Origin: Laetmonice hystrix
Lineage: Eukaryota
Direction of reading: 5' to 3'
DNA length: 64,000 bases
Assembly: GCA_965235115.1 (NCBI GenBank)
Contig: OZ249436.1
Coordinates: 21,764,001 to 21,828,000, forward strand
This document shows, one piece after another, positions 12,569 through 25,864 of the stretch; the first letter of the stretch is position 1; every line of letters begins with the position of its first letter. Below the pieces are notes generated by a model. That model was not told where the DNA came from. It was given only the letters and a program-made list of their open reading frames with translations, and made no database searches. A program made the translations under genes and the position numbers.

Positions 12569-12812
12569 CAAAGGCGGATCCAGAAGGGGGCACAGGCCTT
12601 TAGCTTCACTAATTAGGCCTATACACGGCTATAGCCTACTTATTTTGAATTAATTTTAACACTGACGGTGTACCGCAGGGAAACCCCGAGCTATTATGTA
12701 GGCCTATACCTCTAAAACTCTAATTCAAGAGCATGAGCTTTAATTAGTAATGCAAACAATCATGAATTGTTTTTCTGTGCCCCCCTTTAGTGAAATCCTG
12801 GATCCGCCAGTG
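12569..12812. mobile_element. GGCGGATCCAG-type MITE with 5-bp TSD, nested in the fold-back element
   Basis: TCATG|CAAAGGCGGATCCAG ... CTGGATCCGCCAGTG|TCATG. Confidence 0.75.
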
Positions 12813-13361
12813 TCATGGTATGTCCATCTTATTAAACATCCTGGCCAAGGCATCTTTTTATTTTTAACAGAACTCCATGCTCCCAAAGAAAATACAAGTA
12901 ACACAAGAAATGCAAAACAACAAAATGAATTCATAATTTCAAAATGTACACAAGGTAACAAGCAAACAAAACAATCGTAACACAGCTGGTATATTTGGAT
13001 AGATTAGTGACCAGGGTCAATAAAAGATAAAATTGTACTTTATTTGAACAAAATAACTGAACATAACAAAATAAAAAATTACTTGGCAACAACGTCTGTA
13101 ATATCACATGAAATTAACATTGCACTGAACAAAATAACTTATGGACTGTAATGTGTAATGCATGATAGCATACATAATACTGTAACATTAAAATATAATA
13201 CTGCAGCAGTAAATCATAATTATATATATAAATAATGTCCCCAGTCCTAATTAAATTGGCAAGCCAACTGGGCAAGCCAGATCCTTATCTACCTTACCAC
13301 TATATATGATTGCAACATCTCGAATCCTACAGAACAAACACAGGAGTTTATCATAAAGATA

Positions 13362-14400
13362 GGTAAGGTGGGGCAATATGAGCACCTTAACAATTTTGAC
13401 CTGGTAAAACTGCTGGTACTGCCCAATGCATTCATGTAGTATTTCATCATCAAGAGTCTAGTATAGGCTGTATTTCTGACATAAAACAACTGTAAGATCC
13501 TATTAAAAAATTAAGTAAATCGCAATAAACAATTTAATCAAATATGCTCATATTCCCCGTCCTGATGGGTGATATGAGCACATGCTCATATTACCCCAAA
13601 ATGGCAAAATAGATATCGAAATGGTATGTAAACAAACTTATTAAAAAAGATGACGTCAAAGTTATCGTCTAGGCTACAGCTGTTATCATTCCCAAGTCCA
13701 AATGTGGTCGGTAAATGACGTTTGGTTACCAATATTTAAAATGTCAAGAAATAATCCTATATTAACATATGCTCATATTACCCCCAGTCGTGCTACTATG
13801 CCAATAAATGAAAATATTATTGTTTAATTATCAAGAAATTACACACATCAATATTTCATGGGATCATTAATTTTATTAATAAAGTATGATCCAGAGGTGT
13901 TTTAGAGGGGACCGGGGGGCTCGGCCCCCCTTGGTACAAATTCTGGATTTTTATGGTGGATTGCAGGCCCTTCATTATGGGAATCCCTATGCTCATAATG
14001 CCCCATCCTAGGTGTGCTTATATTCCCCGCACATGTATTCGTCGTGTTTCTCCCAAGGTCTGACATTATGCAATGTCTCGTGCCCTGCTATCGTTAACTT
14101 TATTTAACGCTGACAAGAGACATCGAATTGCCAATAAAATATGAAGTTGTGTCTACCAGGGTAGTCTTGCGAAGGCACCAGAACATGAAACATATGTGTA
14201 AAATGTTAAGAAAATGGGGCTTAAAATTTAATCTTCTCTTTTCTTCAAACTGTGCCACCGAGGGCTACGAAATTTTCGTATGCTATCGGCCTTAGTTAGT
14301 GCTGCAAAAAAAACACCAGGGGGCCCTACCCCCTGCGGTTCTGGGTTTCTGTACTGGAGGGTGCTCATATTCCCCGTGTGCTCATATTACCCCGCTTTAC
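13362..14400. mobile_element. Nested TIR element with GCTCATATT(A)CCCC subterminal repeats
   Basis: GTAAGGTGGGGCAATATGAGCAC ... GTGCTCATATTACCCCGCTTTAC; the motif recurs at ~13545, 13585, 13770 and 14360. Confidence 0.6.
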
Positions 14401-14424
14401 ATCTTTTGTTCCCTGCCTTTACCC

Positions 14425-17400
14425 TGAAACAACCGGTAATTAAGTAGAAAAAATACTGGAAACTCCAAGGATACCTCTGTAGATCACCTATAAAATGCAA
14501 TAGAAGCCAAATCAAATACATTAAAAAATGTTGACGTTTCAGCCACAATTTGCAGTTTGGGGGTAGGGTTAATAAAATCATTACAGGTCCATTGATTTTG
14601 GTTCGATTTTCATAATGTTTACTGTGGAATGATTATAATGTTTGTTGAAAAGAATGGCACATTGCTTCATGCCATAACTTAGGGCGTAGTTGATTAATGA
14701 TGAAGTAAAGATGAAGATAATGAATAAAATGCACAAAAATCAGGGGCGCTTTTGCATAAAAATGGTGCTCAATCATTTGGAAAAGTTTTGTAAGTGTATT
14801 TTTTAACTTGATGTTGTCAACACATGTGTTCTGTGTATCTGGGATGTATTTATTGACAGCCTACACAACCCACTGAGGATTTTTAGGAAAAATACATTTT
14901 TCACATTTTTCGCTAAAAAAACAAAGGGCGCATATACAAAAATGGCCACAATTTTTTTTCGCAAGGTTTCCGGCAGAGCAGACCTTTCATTCAGTGGACC
15001 TTAATGCCCAAATTAATAGAAAAAACACAAACAGAAAGTATAGCAGGCCATGTCAGGTCCAACCCATTTTATTGAGCTTTTGGGCCTGTGGATCCCCGAC
15101 TATAGATCTATACCAGCCGTTTCAGAACTATTTATGCCCTATTGCAATAATCGTCTGTCCCATACGCAAACAGAGTTGACGGACGGGACTCGAACGGGGG
15201 GCTGACGGGGTGGAGAACTCGTCATATCGTTGTATTGACGGACGTAGCCTAATTCAAACGGGACGAACCCCCCCCCCCCCAAGTGCCATAGAAGCGTTAT
15301 TATAGGCATACTGTGTGTGTACGCGGGGTATCTCTGGTGGAGAGGGTCATATCCTCCCGTATCATGCCGATTAAACCAGCCTTGCCCTGAGAAACGGGAA
15401 TGTGCAGCCTATACACACCCATGTTGAGCAGGATGCAGTCAAACGATCGCTTCAAATTCGATAGCAGGGCGTAATTCGCGGGGGGGGGGGGGGCCTAGTT
15501 GTGCCTAATGATTAACCTATCTTATACAAGGGAGAACCTTAGACTCTGTTCGCCTAGCCCCCTCAATAATTCAATGGGAATTATCTAGCCCCTCAATAAT
15601 TTGATGGAAATTACGGGCCTGATGTATAGGCCTAAGCTCCAAAATGATATCAGCCCGGCTACAACTCCCAACGCTATACAAGCGATTGCTCGTTGAATTC
15701 GGGCAAATTGGTCTATAGATTTCGTCTAGATCTATGCTTTCGCTTCACGATCATTTACAGAGTTTGGCCCCTGGCACTGTTTGTGGGTCGAGTGGTCAGC
15801 ACGGGACCAATAAAACCTTTCTGCATGAACATGATCGGCCTAGACCTGTCTATAACTGACCCAGATCAATCTTATCCCTTCGCAACGCATGATTCCTTTG
15901 AAGCTTTTTACACCTTTTGAACGGTCTTTATATTGTATGTGTTGGAAAGTCTGTTTGGCAAATCAATTATTCTCGACAGTTTTTATATTGGTTATGGCAT
16001 TGGTCGATAGGTGTCTCTGCATGCACGTTGTTCTTCAATGACATATCTGGGGTGTGGAGTTGGAGGGTTGATGTCCTGGGTTCATTGACTCAAGGGGAGG
16101 AAGGGCGACTCCAGTAAAGGCTATGGAAAGACGTCACGCATGAAACAACCGGTAATTAAGTAGAAAAAATACTGGAAACTCCAAGGATACCTCTGTAGAT
16201 CACCTATAAAATGCAATAGAAGCCAAATCAAATACATTAAAAAATGTTGACGTTTCAGCCACAATTTGCAGTTTGGGGGTAGGGTTAATAAAATCATTAC
16301 AGGTCCATTGATTTTGGTTCGATTTTCATAATGTTTACTGTGGAATGATTATAATGTTTGTTGAAAAGAATGGCACATTGCTTCATGCCATAACTTAGGG
16401 CGTAGTTGATTAATGATGAAGTAAAGATGAAGATAATGAATAAAATGCACAAAAATCAGGGGCGCTTTTGCATAAAAATGGTGCTCAATCATTTGGAAAA
16501 GTTTTGTAAGTGTATTTTTTAACTTGATGTTGTCAACACATGTGTTCTGTGTATCTGGGATGTATTTATTGACAGCCTACACAACCCACTGAGGATTTTT
16601 AGGAAAAATACATTTTTCACATTTTTCGCTAAAAAAACAAAGGGCGCATATACAAAAATGGCCACAATTTTTTTTCGCAAGGTTTCCGGCAGAGCAGACC
16701 TTTCATTCAGTGGACCTTAATGCCCAAATTAATAGAAAAAACACAAACAGAAAGTATAGCAGGCCATGTCAGGTCCAACCCATTTTATTGAGCTTTTGGG
16801 CCTGTGGATCCCCGACTATAGATCTATACCAGCCGTTTCAGAACTATTTATGCCCTATTGCAATAATCGTCTGTCCCATACGCAAACAGAGTTGACGGAC
16901 GGGACTCGAACGGGGGGCTGACGGGGTGGAGAACTCGTCATATCGTTGTATTGACGGACGTAGCCTAATTCAAACGGGACGAACCCCCCCCCCCCCCCAA
17001 GTGCCATAGAAGCGTTATTATAGGCATACTGTGTGTGTACGCGGGGTATCTCTGGTGGAGAGGGTCATATCCTCCCGTATCATGCCGATTAAACCAGCCT
17101 TGCCCTGAGAAACGGGAATGTGCAGCCTATACACACCCATGTTGAGCAGGATGCAGTCAAACGATCGCTTCAAATTCGATAGCAGGGCGTAATTCGCGGG
17201 GGGGGGGGGGGGGCCTAGTTGTGCCTAATGATTAACCTATCTTATACAAGGGAGAACCTTAGACTCTGTTCGCCTAGCCCCCTCAATAATTCAATGGGAA
17301 TTATCTAGCCCCTCAATAATTTGATGGAAATTACGGGCCTGATGTATAGGCCTAAGCTCCAAAATGATATCAGCCCGGCTACAACTCCCAACGCTATACA

Positions 17401-17860
17401 AGCGATTGCTCGTTGAATTCGGGCAAATTGGTCTATAGATTTCGTCTAGATCTATGCTTTCGCTTCACGATCATTTACAGAGTTTGGCCCCTGGCACTGT
17501 TTGTGGGTCGAGTGGTCAGCACGGGACCAATAAAACCTTTCTGCATGAACATGATCGGCCTAGACCTGTCTATAACTGACCCAGATCAATCTTATCCCTT
17601 CGCAACGCATGATTCCTTTGAAGCTTTTTACACCTTTTGAACGGTCTTTATATTGTATGTGTTGGAAAGTCTGTTTGGCAAATCAATTATTCTCGACAGT
17701 TTTTATATTGGTTATGGCATTGGTCGATAGGTGTCTCTGCATGCACGTTGTTCTTCAATGACATATCTGGGGTGTGGAGTTGGAGGGTTGATGTCCTGGG
17801 TTCATTGACTCAAGGGGAGGAAGGGCGACTCCAGTAAAGGCTATGGAAAGACGTCACGCA
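14425..17860 (+). repeat. Tandem duplication of a ~1.72-kb unit (14425-16140, 16141-17860)
   Basis: The copies give identical ORF-track translations, and the only differences I found are in poly-C/poly-G lengths. TGA microhomology at the junctions. Confidence 0.95.
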
Positions 17861-18709
17861 TGAGTACTCAGGGATTCCATGCATGATAGGATAAGGGCAC
17901 AGTTATTGAAACTGCTTAGGGTCGATTGAAGGCATTGGTCGGAGGAGTCTATAGCCGATTCAAATATGCCAAGAATATAGGCCAACAGTCCCAGCGCATA
18001 TTATTAATGCTCACAAGGCCGATACATAGGTCCTCGTATACCGGGGTAGTTTCCAAACAGGCAATTTGTTATCTTTTGAATAAATCTGACTACGCACTAA
18101 ATGTAAATTTATGGAGAATTTTAAGTTGACCTCGTCGACATGTAAAGTTCGGTCCAATATAACCCATGACAGCTAGGCCCTATACCCTGAGCAAGGACAA
18201 AAATGGGACCAGATTGCAAATAATCTGAGATTAGAGTTCCCCTATAACTATACTATAGTATAGTTAGCCACAACTCAAAATCCTTTCCAATAGCTTGCGA
18301 GTACAACTGCTCCGCCACAGAGGGAAATGAGATTTAAAAAATCGTTTCTCTCTTGAAAACAAGAATGGTTTTCTATTGGAAAAGTGTTTTATTATTATTC
18401 CCATGAATACAGATCTACACGATATTTGGAGACCTACCTCCGTTGTACCCAACATTAGGGGTGGCCATACCAATTTTCTCCGGACAAAAGAACATACACA
18501 TTGTTATGAGGCCAATACGAGAAGATCGAGGGAATAATATAGTTAATTATGTTCCCTCGAAATCATTACGAGGGAATGCAGTAACTTATTTCTTGGAAAC
18601 AAATTTATTTTATGGTAACGAAATAATTAGTCATCTCACGGAACAGAATAACATTTAATCATGGGGACGAAGTGATTTTATAAAAATCAAGTAATAGGCC
18701 TAGATTCTA

Positions 18710-19025
18710 CGGAGACCTGTTCGGGGCATGAAGAAAAAAATAACGTCACTAAGTCGTTATCGAGTTCGTTTTAGAGAAAAAAAATAGTGGTGATCTCGAA
18801 ATTACCACTTACTGACGTCATCGTAATAACGAGTTAATGACGTCACTAAGTGGTAATTTCGAGATCACCACAAATTTCTTTCTCTGAAACTAACGCGATT
18901 AACTCGTAATAATGACTTAGTGACGTCATTAAGTCGTAATAACGAGTTAATGACGTCACTAAGTGGTAATTTCGAAATCACCACAAAATCTTTTCTCTTC
19001 ATGTCCCCAACAGCTATAGGCTCCG
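18710..19025. mobile_element. MITE (CGGAG ends, TA flanks) with internal inverted/tandem TGACGTCA-containing repeats
   Basis: TA|CGGAGACCTGTTCGGGGCATGAAG ... CTTCATGTCCCCAACAGCTATAGGCTCCG|TA; internal GTGGTGATCTCGAAATTACCACTT occurs in both orientations. Confidence 0.7.
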
Positions 19026-19804
19026 TAAGATTCTATATTCCGTAGGAATAAAATGATTTCGTGGGAACGAAATAATATCTTAATATCGATGTGCCATTGG
19101 GGGTATTCGCACCAAAAATGGAAATGCTATATCGCTCCATCCCCCGCGCAATCTCCTTGCAATACAGTAGGCTTATACGATTCAGGATTCACACAAGGAT
19201 TCGTCTTCTTTGCCATTTAGTTACATTCCTACAAGATACGCATGTCGATTTCGTGTGTGGTCATTTGGAAAAACTAGTAAAACGTAATAAAACGTAAGTG
19301 TGGATAAAGTCTCAAAGCAGTCTAGTCTTGAGTGCACATCACTTTTCAAAGTAGGCCTACTTTCATCTAGGTCTAGGCCTGCATGTAGTTCTAACATAGC
19401 CTAGGCCTATATTATTGCCAAACATGTCATCAATCATCCGCAAATGTTCGTCCTCTATTAGTATTAAATGTTTGTTGAAAGTTTATCATTCACAATACTC
19501 TGAGTCTGAAGGGGTTGACCTGGATGCTAGCATTCCCACCTCTAGAATGTTTTTTCGGACCAATGAGTTTTAATCACGTTGTCAGTCTCATGGGGGCGCC
19601 ACAGTCATCTCGTACGAGGCCGCGCAGCACCGCCACCTGGTGGCAGCCCGGGCGTCCATGGCGGCATGGCGGCGTCCAAACGCGTCTCGGCGTCTGTCAA
19701 CCACATCTTCCCGCGCCTTTTTCCGTTCCGCTGTTCTGCCTCTGCTGGCCTCCGGTCCTGACTTCCTATCTTTGATAATTGTTATAACGGTAGGATTAAG
19801 CAGT

Positions 19805-21244
19805 TCACGGGTAACGCCGTCGGATTTCTTTGCGACACTGCCGCCTTTCCCGCTTTCGCCGATGACGTCGGCAGGCTTCCATTTCGCGCGCTTGCCTCTC
19901 GCGGTAAGCGCAACACTTGGTTAAGTTTCCCGAGTATTTCGAAGTGGCGCAAGCCTGGACCTTACTGGAGACACTCTTCATTAACTGCCGCACAGCCTGG
20001 GAGTTGGCTGCTAGAGGGTGACTTCTCTCCACATTCCTAGGTCCACTCACTGCTTCTGGGTGATAACTGTCCAGGTGACACGTCAACTTCTTCCGACCAA
20101 TCTTTTCTCCGAGCTTGCAGCAACGCGTGATGCTGGGCAGGAATTTCGCCTTGGACCGAAGACTAAAATGCATCAAGCCCGCACTCTTTTGTGGTTCTAC
20201 TTTGGCCTCTTTCCTTCTTGAGGGGCGGGACCCTTTATCGAATTGATCTGCATCTGTAGTCAAACAGACAAAAACAAAACAATACAAAATTAAGCTAAAA
20301 TGATAGGCCTATTGATAGGCATAGGCGCTAGCGACACAGTGCCTTTGGCCATCGTCGCAATCGCAATTGATGTAAAAGATTATGGAATTGCTCTACTAAC
20401 CCGTAAGATCAAGATCTGGGTTTCAGGTGAAACTACACATTATAGTAAGAAATCGACCACAACAAAAAAATAATAATTAAAAAGTCACTAATGAACCTCT
20501 CCTCTACCATAGCCATACATTTGTATACTTTTTTTTACTCTAGATTCCATCTAGCCTAAGCGTTTTAATCAAGAGAAATGACGGAGGCCTACTGCAGGCT
20601 ATTAGCCTATATGCTATGGAGCAATAGTACTTATAAGTTATACATCACTCATTTTTGTAGGCTACCAGGCCTCGTACCTCAAGCTATCTTTGTCCCTTTA
20701 ACTTCTACCTGAGCTGTACATTGCCCGTGCCCCCTTTCAGGTCAGCGGCACACGAATGTTGGTCATATATTTATAGCTGTATCCAGGGCACGCTGGCTAT
20801 TTACGTCTGAAGCCTTTCCGCTTCCTTAGGCTGCTTGCAGCGCAAATCAAACTGAGTGCCCGTGTACCGAGTGCTTGCCTTCCTCATGCAGGCCTTTGTT
20901 TACCTCGGAAAGATGGCAAACTTACGTCTGTTCACCTGTCTTTCATCATAGTTTTAATGATAGTCCCACGGGTGGATTCGTTTGACACCTTGGCAATTGT
21001 TTTGACGAGAAGAATCACGACCTTTCAATAATTATTATTAGTATGGAATTTTGGAGGTGACTGGTCCAATGTTAGATTCTAATTTACATTGAAATGTAAC
21101 AAACCTCTGCCTTTAGACAGTTTTAATACGCGCGCTCTTTAAGAATGCATTGAATTTGAAAGTTAGAAATCCAGACTTACCAGAGTATCTTGCCAACAGC
21201 AGCACTGCAGATGATAGAAAAACAAATTTTAAGAAGTCGTTCAT
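19805..21244 (-). CDS. Small secreted basic Cys-rich protein (170 aa) with an anaphylatoxin-like Cys pattern; exons 21181-21244 and 19805-20253
   Basis: Exon 1 encodes a signal-peptide-like MNDFLKFVFLSSAVLLLARYS with donor G|GTAAGT. It joins in phase 1 to ctacag|AT. Exon 2 carries CCKLG..C...C...CC and an Arg-rich C-terminus. Confidence 0.75.
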
Positions 21245-21429
21245 CGTGAAATTGAATCTTTCAGATTAGAATCAATCCCGTATAGATGGTGTACCAGGTC
21301 TACGTCTGCACTGCGAAATTCGTCTGTTGAAACCTATGATAGCGCGACTCGCTTTCTTCCGAAGTCAAACCCTGTGTTGTTGGGTGCGCGGGAGCGCTTC
21401 TCTTCATATACTGAAGGGTACGCGTAAAC

Positions 21430-21505
21430 ATCGTCACGTGGTCATGTTGTGCTATAAATTTTATACATTAGGAGGGCGGAGTTACGTCCCCAGTTAGCCA
21501 ATCAG
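21430..21505 (-). promoter_or_regulatory. Promoter motif cluster upstream of the secreted-protein gene
   Basis: E-box GTCACGTG (~21433), TATAAAA on the minus strand (~21459-21465), GC box GGGCGGAG (~21474), CCAAT (~21498). Confidence 0.5.
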
Positions 21506-22283
21506 ACGCCACTTGTTATATAGTGGCACCAAAAAGTAGGGTGGCTCTTACGAACATTTTGCCTCGTGTGGGGCAACAGTAGAATAATGGTACAAATGTA
21601 GTGTTTTAGTTCTTGGCCCCAAATTTCGTCCACATCTTCCCAAAGGACATCTACCCCGGGAAGCTATAGCATGATGTAGAGTTACCTTCTTGCATCAACG
21701 GATGTTAAATTGTTGAGAATCGAAAGTATAAATTATATGCATCGTGACTGATACCCCTTCTTACATGCGCTCTTCAATCCTGCACTTTACTACTGTTATT
21801 TCATAATTATGGCCCGCTGAAGCCGATCTATCTTAACCAATGGAGAGAGGCAGTGTTCCAAAGAGAAGAGGCGTATGGTTAAATTCTCTTCCTCGTTTAT
21901 TGTAGCACGATCCCAGCATTTTTTTATGCTCGGCTCAATGTATGGTCATGTGGCCATGTCAGTCAAATGCCCAACCAGGTGATAAAATGTTCCTGGTTCA
22001 CTTTATTATGTAAAAGGTCTCAAAGTCATGTATAGTAGACGCGATATTTCTCAATAGATCCGAGGCGTCTTTCATGGGAATTGTTGAAAAAAGGGTGGCC
22101 TGGAAAAAAAAAATTAAGGGCTGTGGCCTACTAAGAGCTGAGCATAATGCCGGATTGGAGCGATCTCAAAAGAAAGGGTCCCCTAGTTTTTCCCTGTTTT
22201 ATTTACGTTATAGAACATGTCAATGCAAACAGGAAATGTGATAGGCCTAAGCGTCTATCCCAAAGAACCCCGTCAACTCAGAG

Positions 22284-22314
<31 letters not shown>

Positions 22315-23019
22315 GGGTAAATTGACATAACATTTCAAGTCGTGACCGAGTTGCTTTAATAGTGACGCTATACTACAAATGAGAAAAAAACCTTCCTTTG
22401 ATATTTTTCTTTGCTGCTCTTTTATTTAACTCACAAGATCTACAGTCTTTTTGTCAGGTAACATTGAGTTAGGAAACGCCTACAACAGACTAGTATTCAA
22501 TAGGAATGGAGACTGATATTCAGAGACAAATACACATAACACGTATACTGAACCAATTTGCCTACATATCAGGGACAATAATATCACCTCGCCATAACAT
22601 AGCAGGTTAAAACAAACAAACCTTACTTTCCACTATAGTTTATATAACAACCTGACCTTCCTTACCTAGACAACCTGTCATCAAAAATACTTGGTACTCT
22701 AGGAATGTTAATAGTGGCAGACTTCCAGCTGTAAGATGTCTGGAAGGAAATTAATGCAGAGACACATTCAGCAATCTTCTGGTGCGATAACAATATGATG
22801 CATCTTTCCTCATCTAACAGAATTAAGTAGAGACCTTTTTATGTTTCACGGAGAAATAATGTGCAACTGGTCATAAACGCCCCCTCTTGCTGCTATACAC
22901 GTGACAATCTTAATACAAGCAAATATCAATAGAATTATATATTGCTTTAAAACCCCTGGAATTATTTGAACCTTGCTTCTAAGTCAAAAGAAGTTCATCT
23001 TTGCCACATGAGAAGGAGA

Positions 23020-23160
23020 ACGATCCGGGCCCGGTTCCCAAAAAAGTCAAGTCAATTTTAATTGACTTGAAGTCAATTTTACTTGAATCTGATTGGTTAA
23101 AATGGATTTCAAGTTAATTAAAATTGACTTGGCTTTGTTTGTGAACCGGGCCCAGATCGT
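23020..23160. mobile_element. Palindromic (PIF/Harbinger-like) MITE in the probable SGSM3 3' UTR
   Basis: GGGCCCGGTTCCCAAAAAAGTCAAGTCAATTTTAATT ... AATTAAAATTGACTTGGCTTTGTTTGTGAACCGGGCCC; hairpin over almost its whole length. Confidence 0.75.
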
Positions 23161-25864
23161 AACTGTCAGAACGCCCGTGAAGTGCGTTTTATCTTATCAA
23201 GACCAGCTGACAGTTAGAATATCAAAATATAGAATAAATAAGACACATAATATACCTGCTAACAGCCATCGACATGCTATAAGAAACTTAAAGTAATTCC
23301 TGCGTGATCGTTTCAAGCCTTATGTTTCCTGCCGCACAAAAATTCAACAGACTACATGTAATTACATAATATACTAATTATGTCAGCTGATTAGGTATTA
23401 CATACCGCAATTATGTAACAACAATCTATTGATTACGTAAACAAGTAACAATAAATAGTATAAACTGATTTTGTCAACAATAAACTGATCAAGCAAAAAA
23501 TTATCGAACAATAAACTCAATAAACTTGAGAACATACATCCGTACTTAGTGAATTACCTGTATATAATTTCGCAAGTCCCTTTCTCATTAATGTACATGG
23601 ACTAATCATTAGGGCGGGCTTTTAACGTTTACTTAAAAAAATTTAAAGTCAGTAATTCAGGGCAAACTTATAAGTCGTCAGTCTGTCAGCGTCTTCCAGA
23701 ACTTATAGTTTGGCCAACACGGGCACATCCCAACAAGCCGTGACTAATTTACAACAATTGTATGCACCTTTTAACCTGTGCACAAACACATGTATACCTA
23801 TTTTCTTTCCCAATGCATATAAACTCCACTGTCTTTCCAACGTTACGACTGAATATCAGGAATTGGCATAATGATGTAAACCGTAAAGGGCAACATCAAG
23901 ATAGGCCTATGCGTATGGATCACTGATATTTCGGCAATATTTCTTTTTCTTCAAGCACTCTCTTCTCCAAATGCTACTACAATTTCACCACTTACGCTGT
24001 TAGTATTGTACACAGTCTTATATATCTTTCTTTGACGAACCACGAAAAGGTTGGGACTTGTTACGCTCCACTTTATTCACATCTAAACTGCCCTTTACTT
24101 TTACTCTATGGAATGTTTCAATGGATATTTTGAATAGACAAATGCAACACTAACATCTGTATGAACACTATCAGTTGGCACAGGTATAATGGGGTCGGGT
24201 TTACCTGGCTAGGCAATGTCTTGTGAACGAATCGGAGAAGTTAAGCCAGGAATCCATGTGTAGTGTTGGCGTGATGCGTATTCATCAAAATCAAAGAAAA
24301 CAAGTTGGAGTGATTCTATGTGTGGGTAGTGCGTAATGCGTGTTTTCACTGTTTTGATTACGCACTACGGACACATGGATTCCTTTAACTGTCATTAACC
24401 CAACACTCTTCGCAATAACTTCTTTAAATGGATTCCTTTTTTTAGAACTGGTAAAGAGAGACAGAAAGCAAGGTAACGAACAGACGAACTGTACTTATCT
24501 ATGGGGAATGCTAATATAGGCACGGTCACGTTGAAATGGTGACGGGTCGGGACTACAGCACTGTGTGCCACCATTTAGACTGGTAATATATACCACAGAT
24601 ACAACTTTAATCTTTGCTGAGGCACGTGTGGATAACCTTGGTATATCTCGAGTTCACGACCCGTTTCACTTGGAGATTGAACCTTGACATTTTGTTCGCA
24701 GCTAACCCGCGACTACTGTTGCAGTTGACGAGAGACAGGCAGTTCCACAAATACATCACTGTTGTAGTCACGAGACCGACTTGAGTAAGTGACTGGGGTC
24801 AGTCTACGAGTGTAAACGGCCTACCGAACCCACCAAGCCGATTGACCTTTATGAATTAATGGCAAAGTTCACGTGGTAACATTTACTGTATCTTATCATC
24901 TAAGTCTGGAAAAGGGTTCCAGCCTTTCGACTAAAAATCGCAGTGAATGGTCACTGTTAGATTATAAATTGCATGTTCGCAAAGGCAATCGTACGAGTGG
25001 GACCTGGGAGAAATGGGGAGGGGGATGACCTGGGGTGCACAGTCCGGCAGACAAGCAAGGTCGTCAACATCGTCCGTTATGTTATGTAATAATAATAATA
25101 ATTACCGTACTAATGTATGATAGCTAGATTGGCGAGAGACATGAGAGTACCGACTGAAAAAAAATAGAAAAATTTCCAGGGGTGGCTAGTCCTGACCTGC
25201 TGTCAAGTCAAAAAAAAAATTCAGAGGAAAATCAGAACACTCTCATCCATGTGGATACTTCTAAAAAGTCCCGGGCTATAATAATTGTGTAATACAAAAT
25301 GACATAACATAAAGGTGTAAATGTGGACTAGAATCAATGTAATTCGGCTTTCAAAGCTTAGACTAATCTCTTCTTAACAAAATGGTGAGAACTTGAACTA
25401 ATCCTCCGGTGTACCGTCATGCAGGTCTGTAGAGATCCTTGGGTTTTAACCTGGCGTCTTCGACTGTTTTTTTTAAAGCAACCAGAGCTTTGTTCTGTAC
25501 ATCAAATCCACCGGCACCTTAGTGGACATTACCTCTCGTTATCCCACCTTCACGACAGGGTGGGCATGGCTCAAGGAGTTACTGTTTATTATAAAAGTCT
25601 TGGTTTAACAGCACCCATAGCCACAACCATCCTTCTGCCCACATCAACAGACCCGTTTATCACATACCACACTCCATAAAGTGTCTAACAGGACTTCAAC
25701 CATAGCCATTGCCTTCACCGGTTCAGCAAAGCAGGTGCCTAAGCATAATGTTGAGTAACATTTAAAGCTGTTAAATCGAAGAGGTCCACAAGAATACCGC
25801 TGGCCTGATCTTTGTTTTCTTTAAAGTTATTAAAAATTTCATATGAATTTCTAAGGCGCCCAGG

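Larger units (their letters stand above)
11828..15102. mobile_element. Fold-back-type non-autonomous element with ~680-bp inverted arms
   Basis: 11828-~12510 is the diverged reverse complement of ~14403-15102. Ends TAGTCGGGGATCC / GGATCCCCGACTA, flanked by TAG (11825-27, 15103-05); a TA TSD reading is also possible. Confidence 0.8.

Noticed and set aside
19515..19924. GC-rich overlapping ORFs at the 3' end of the secreted-protein gene
   Set aside because: No recognisable motifs or splice support; probably open by GC content or antisense to coding sequence.
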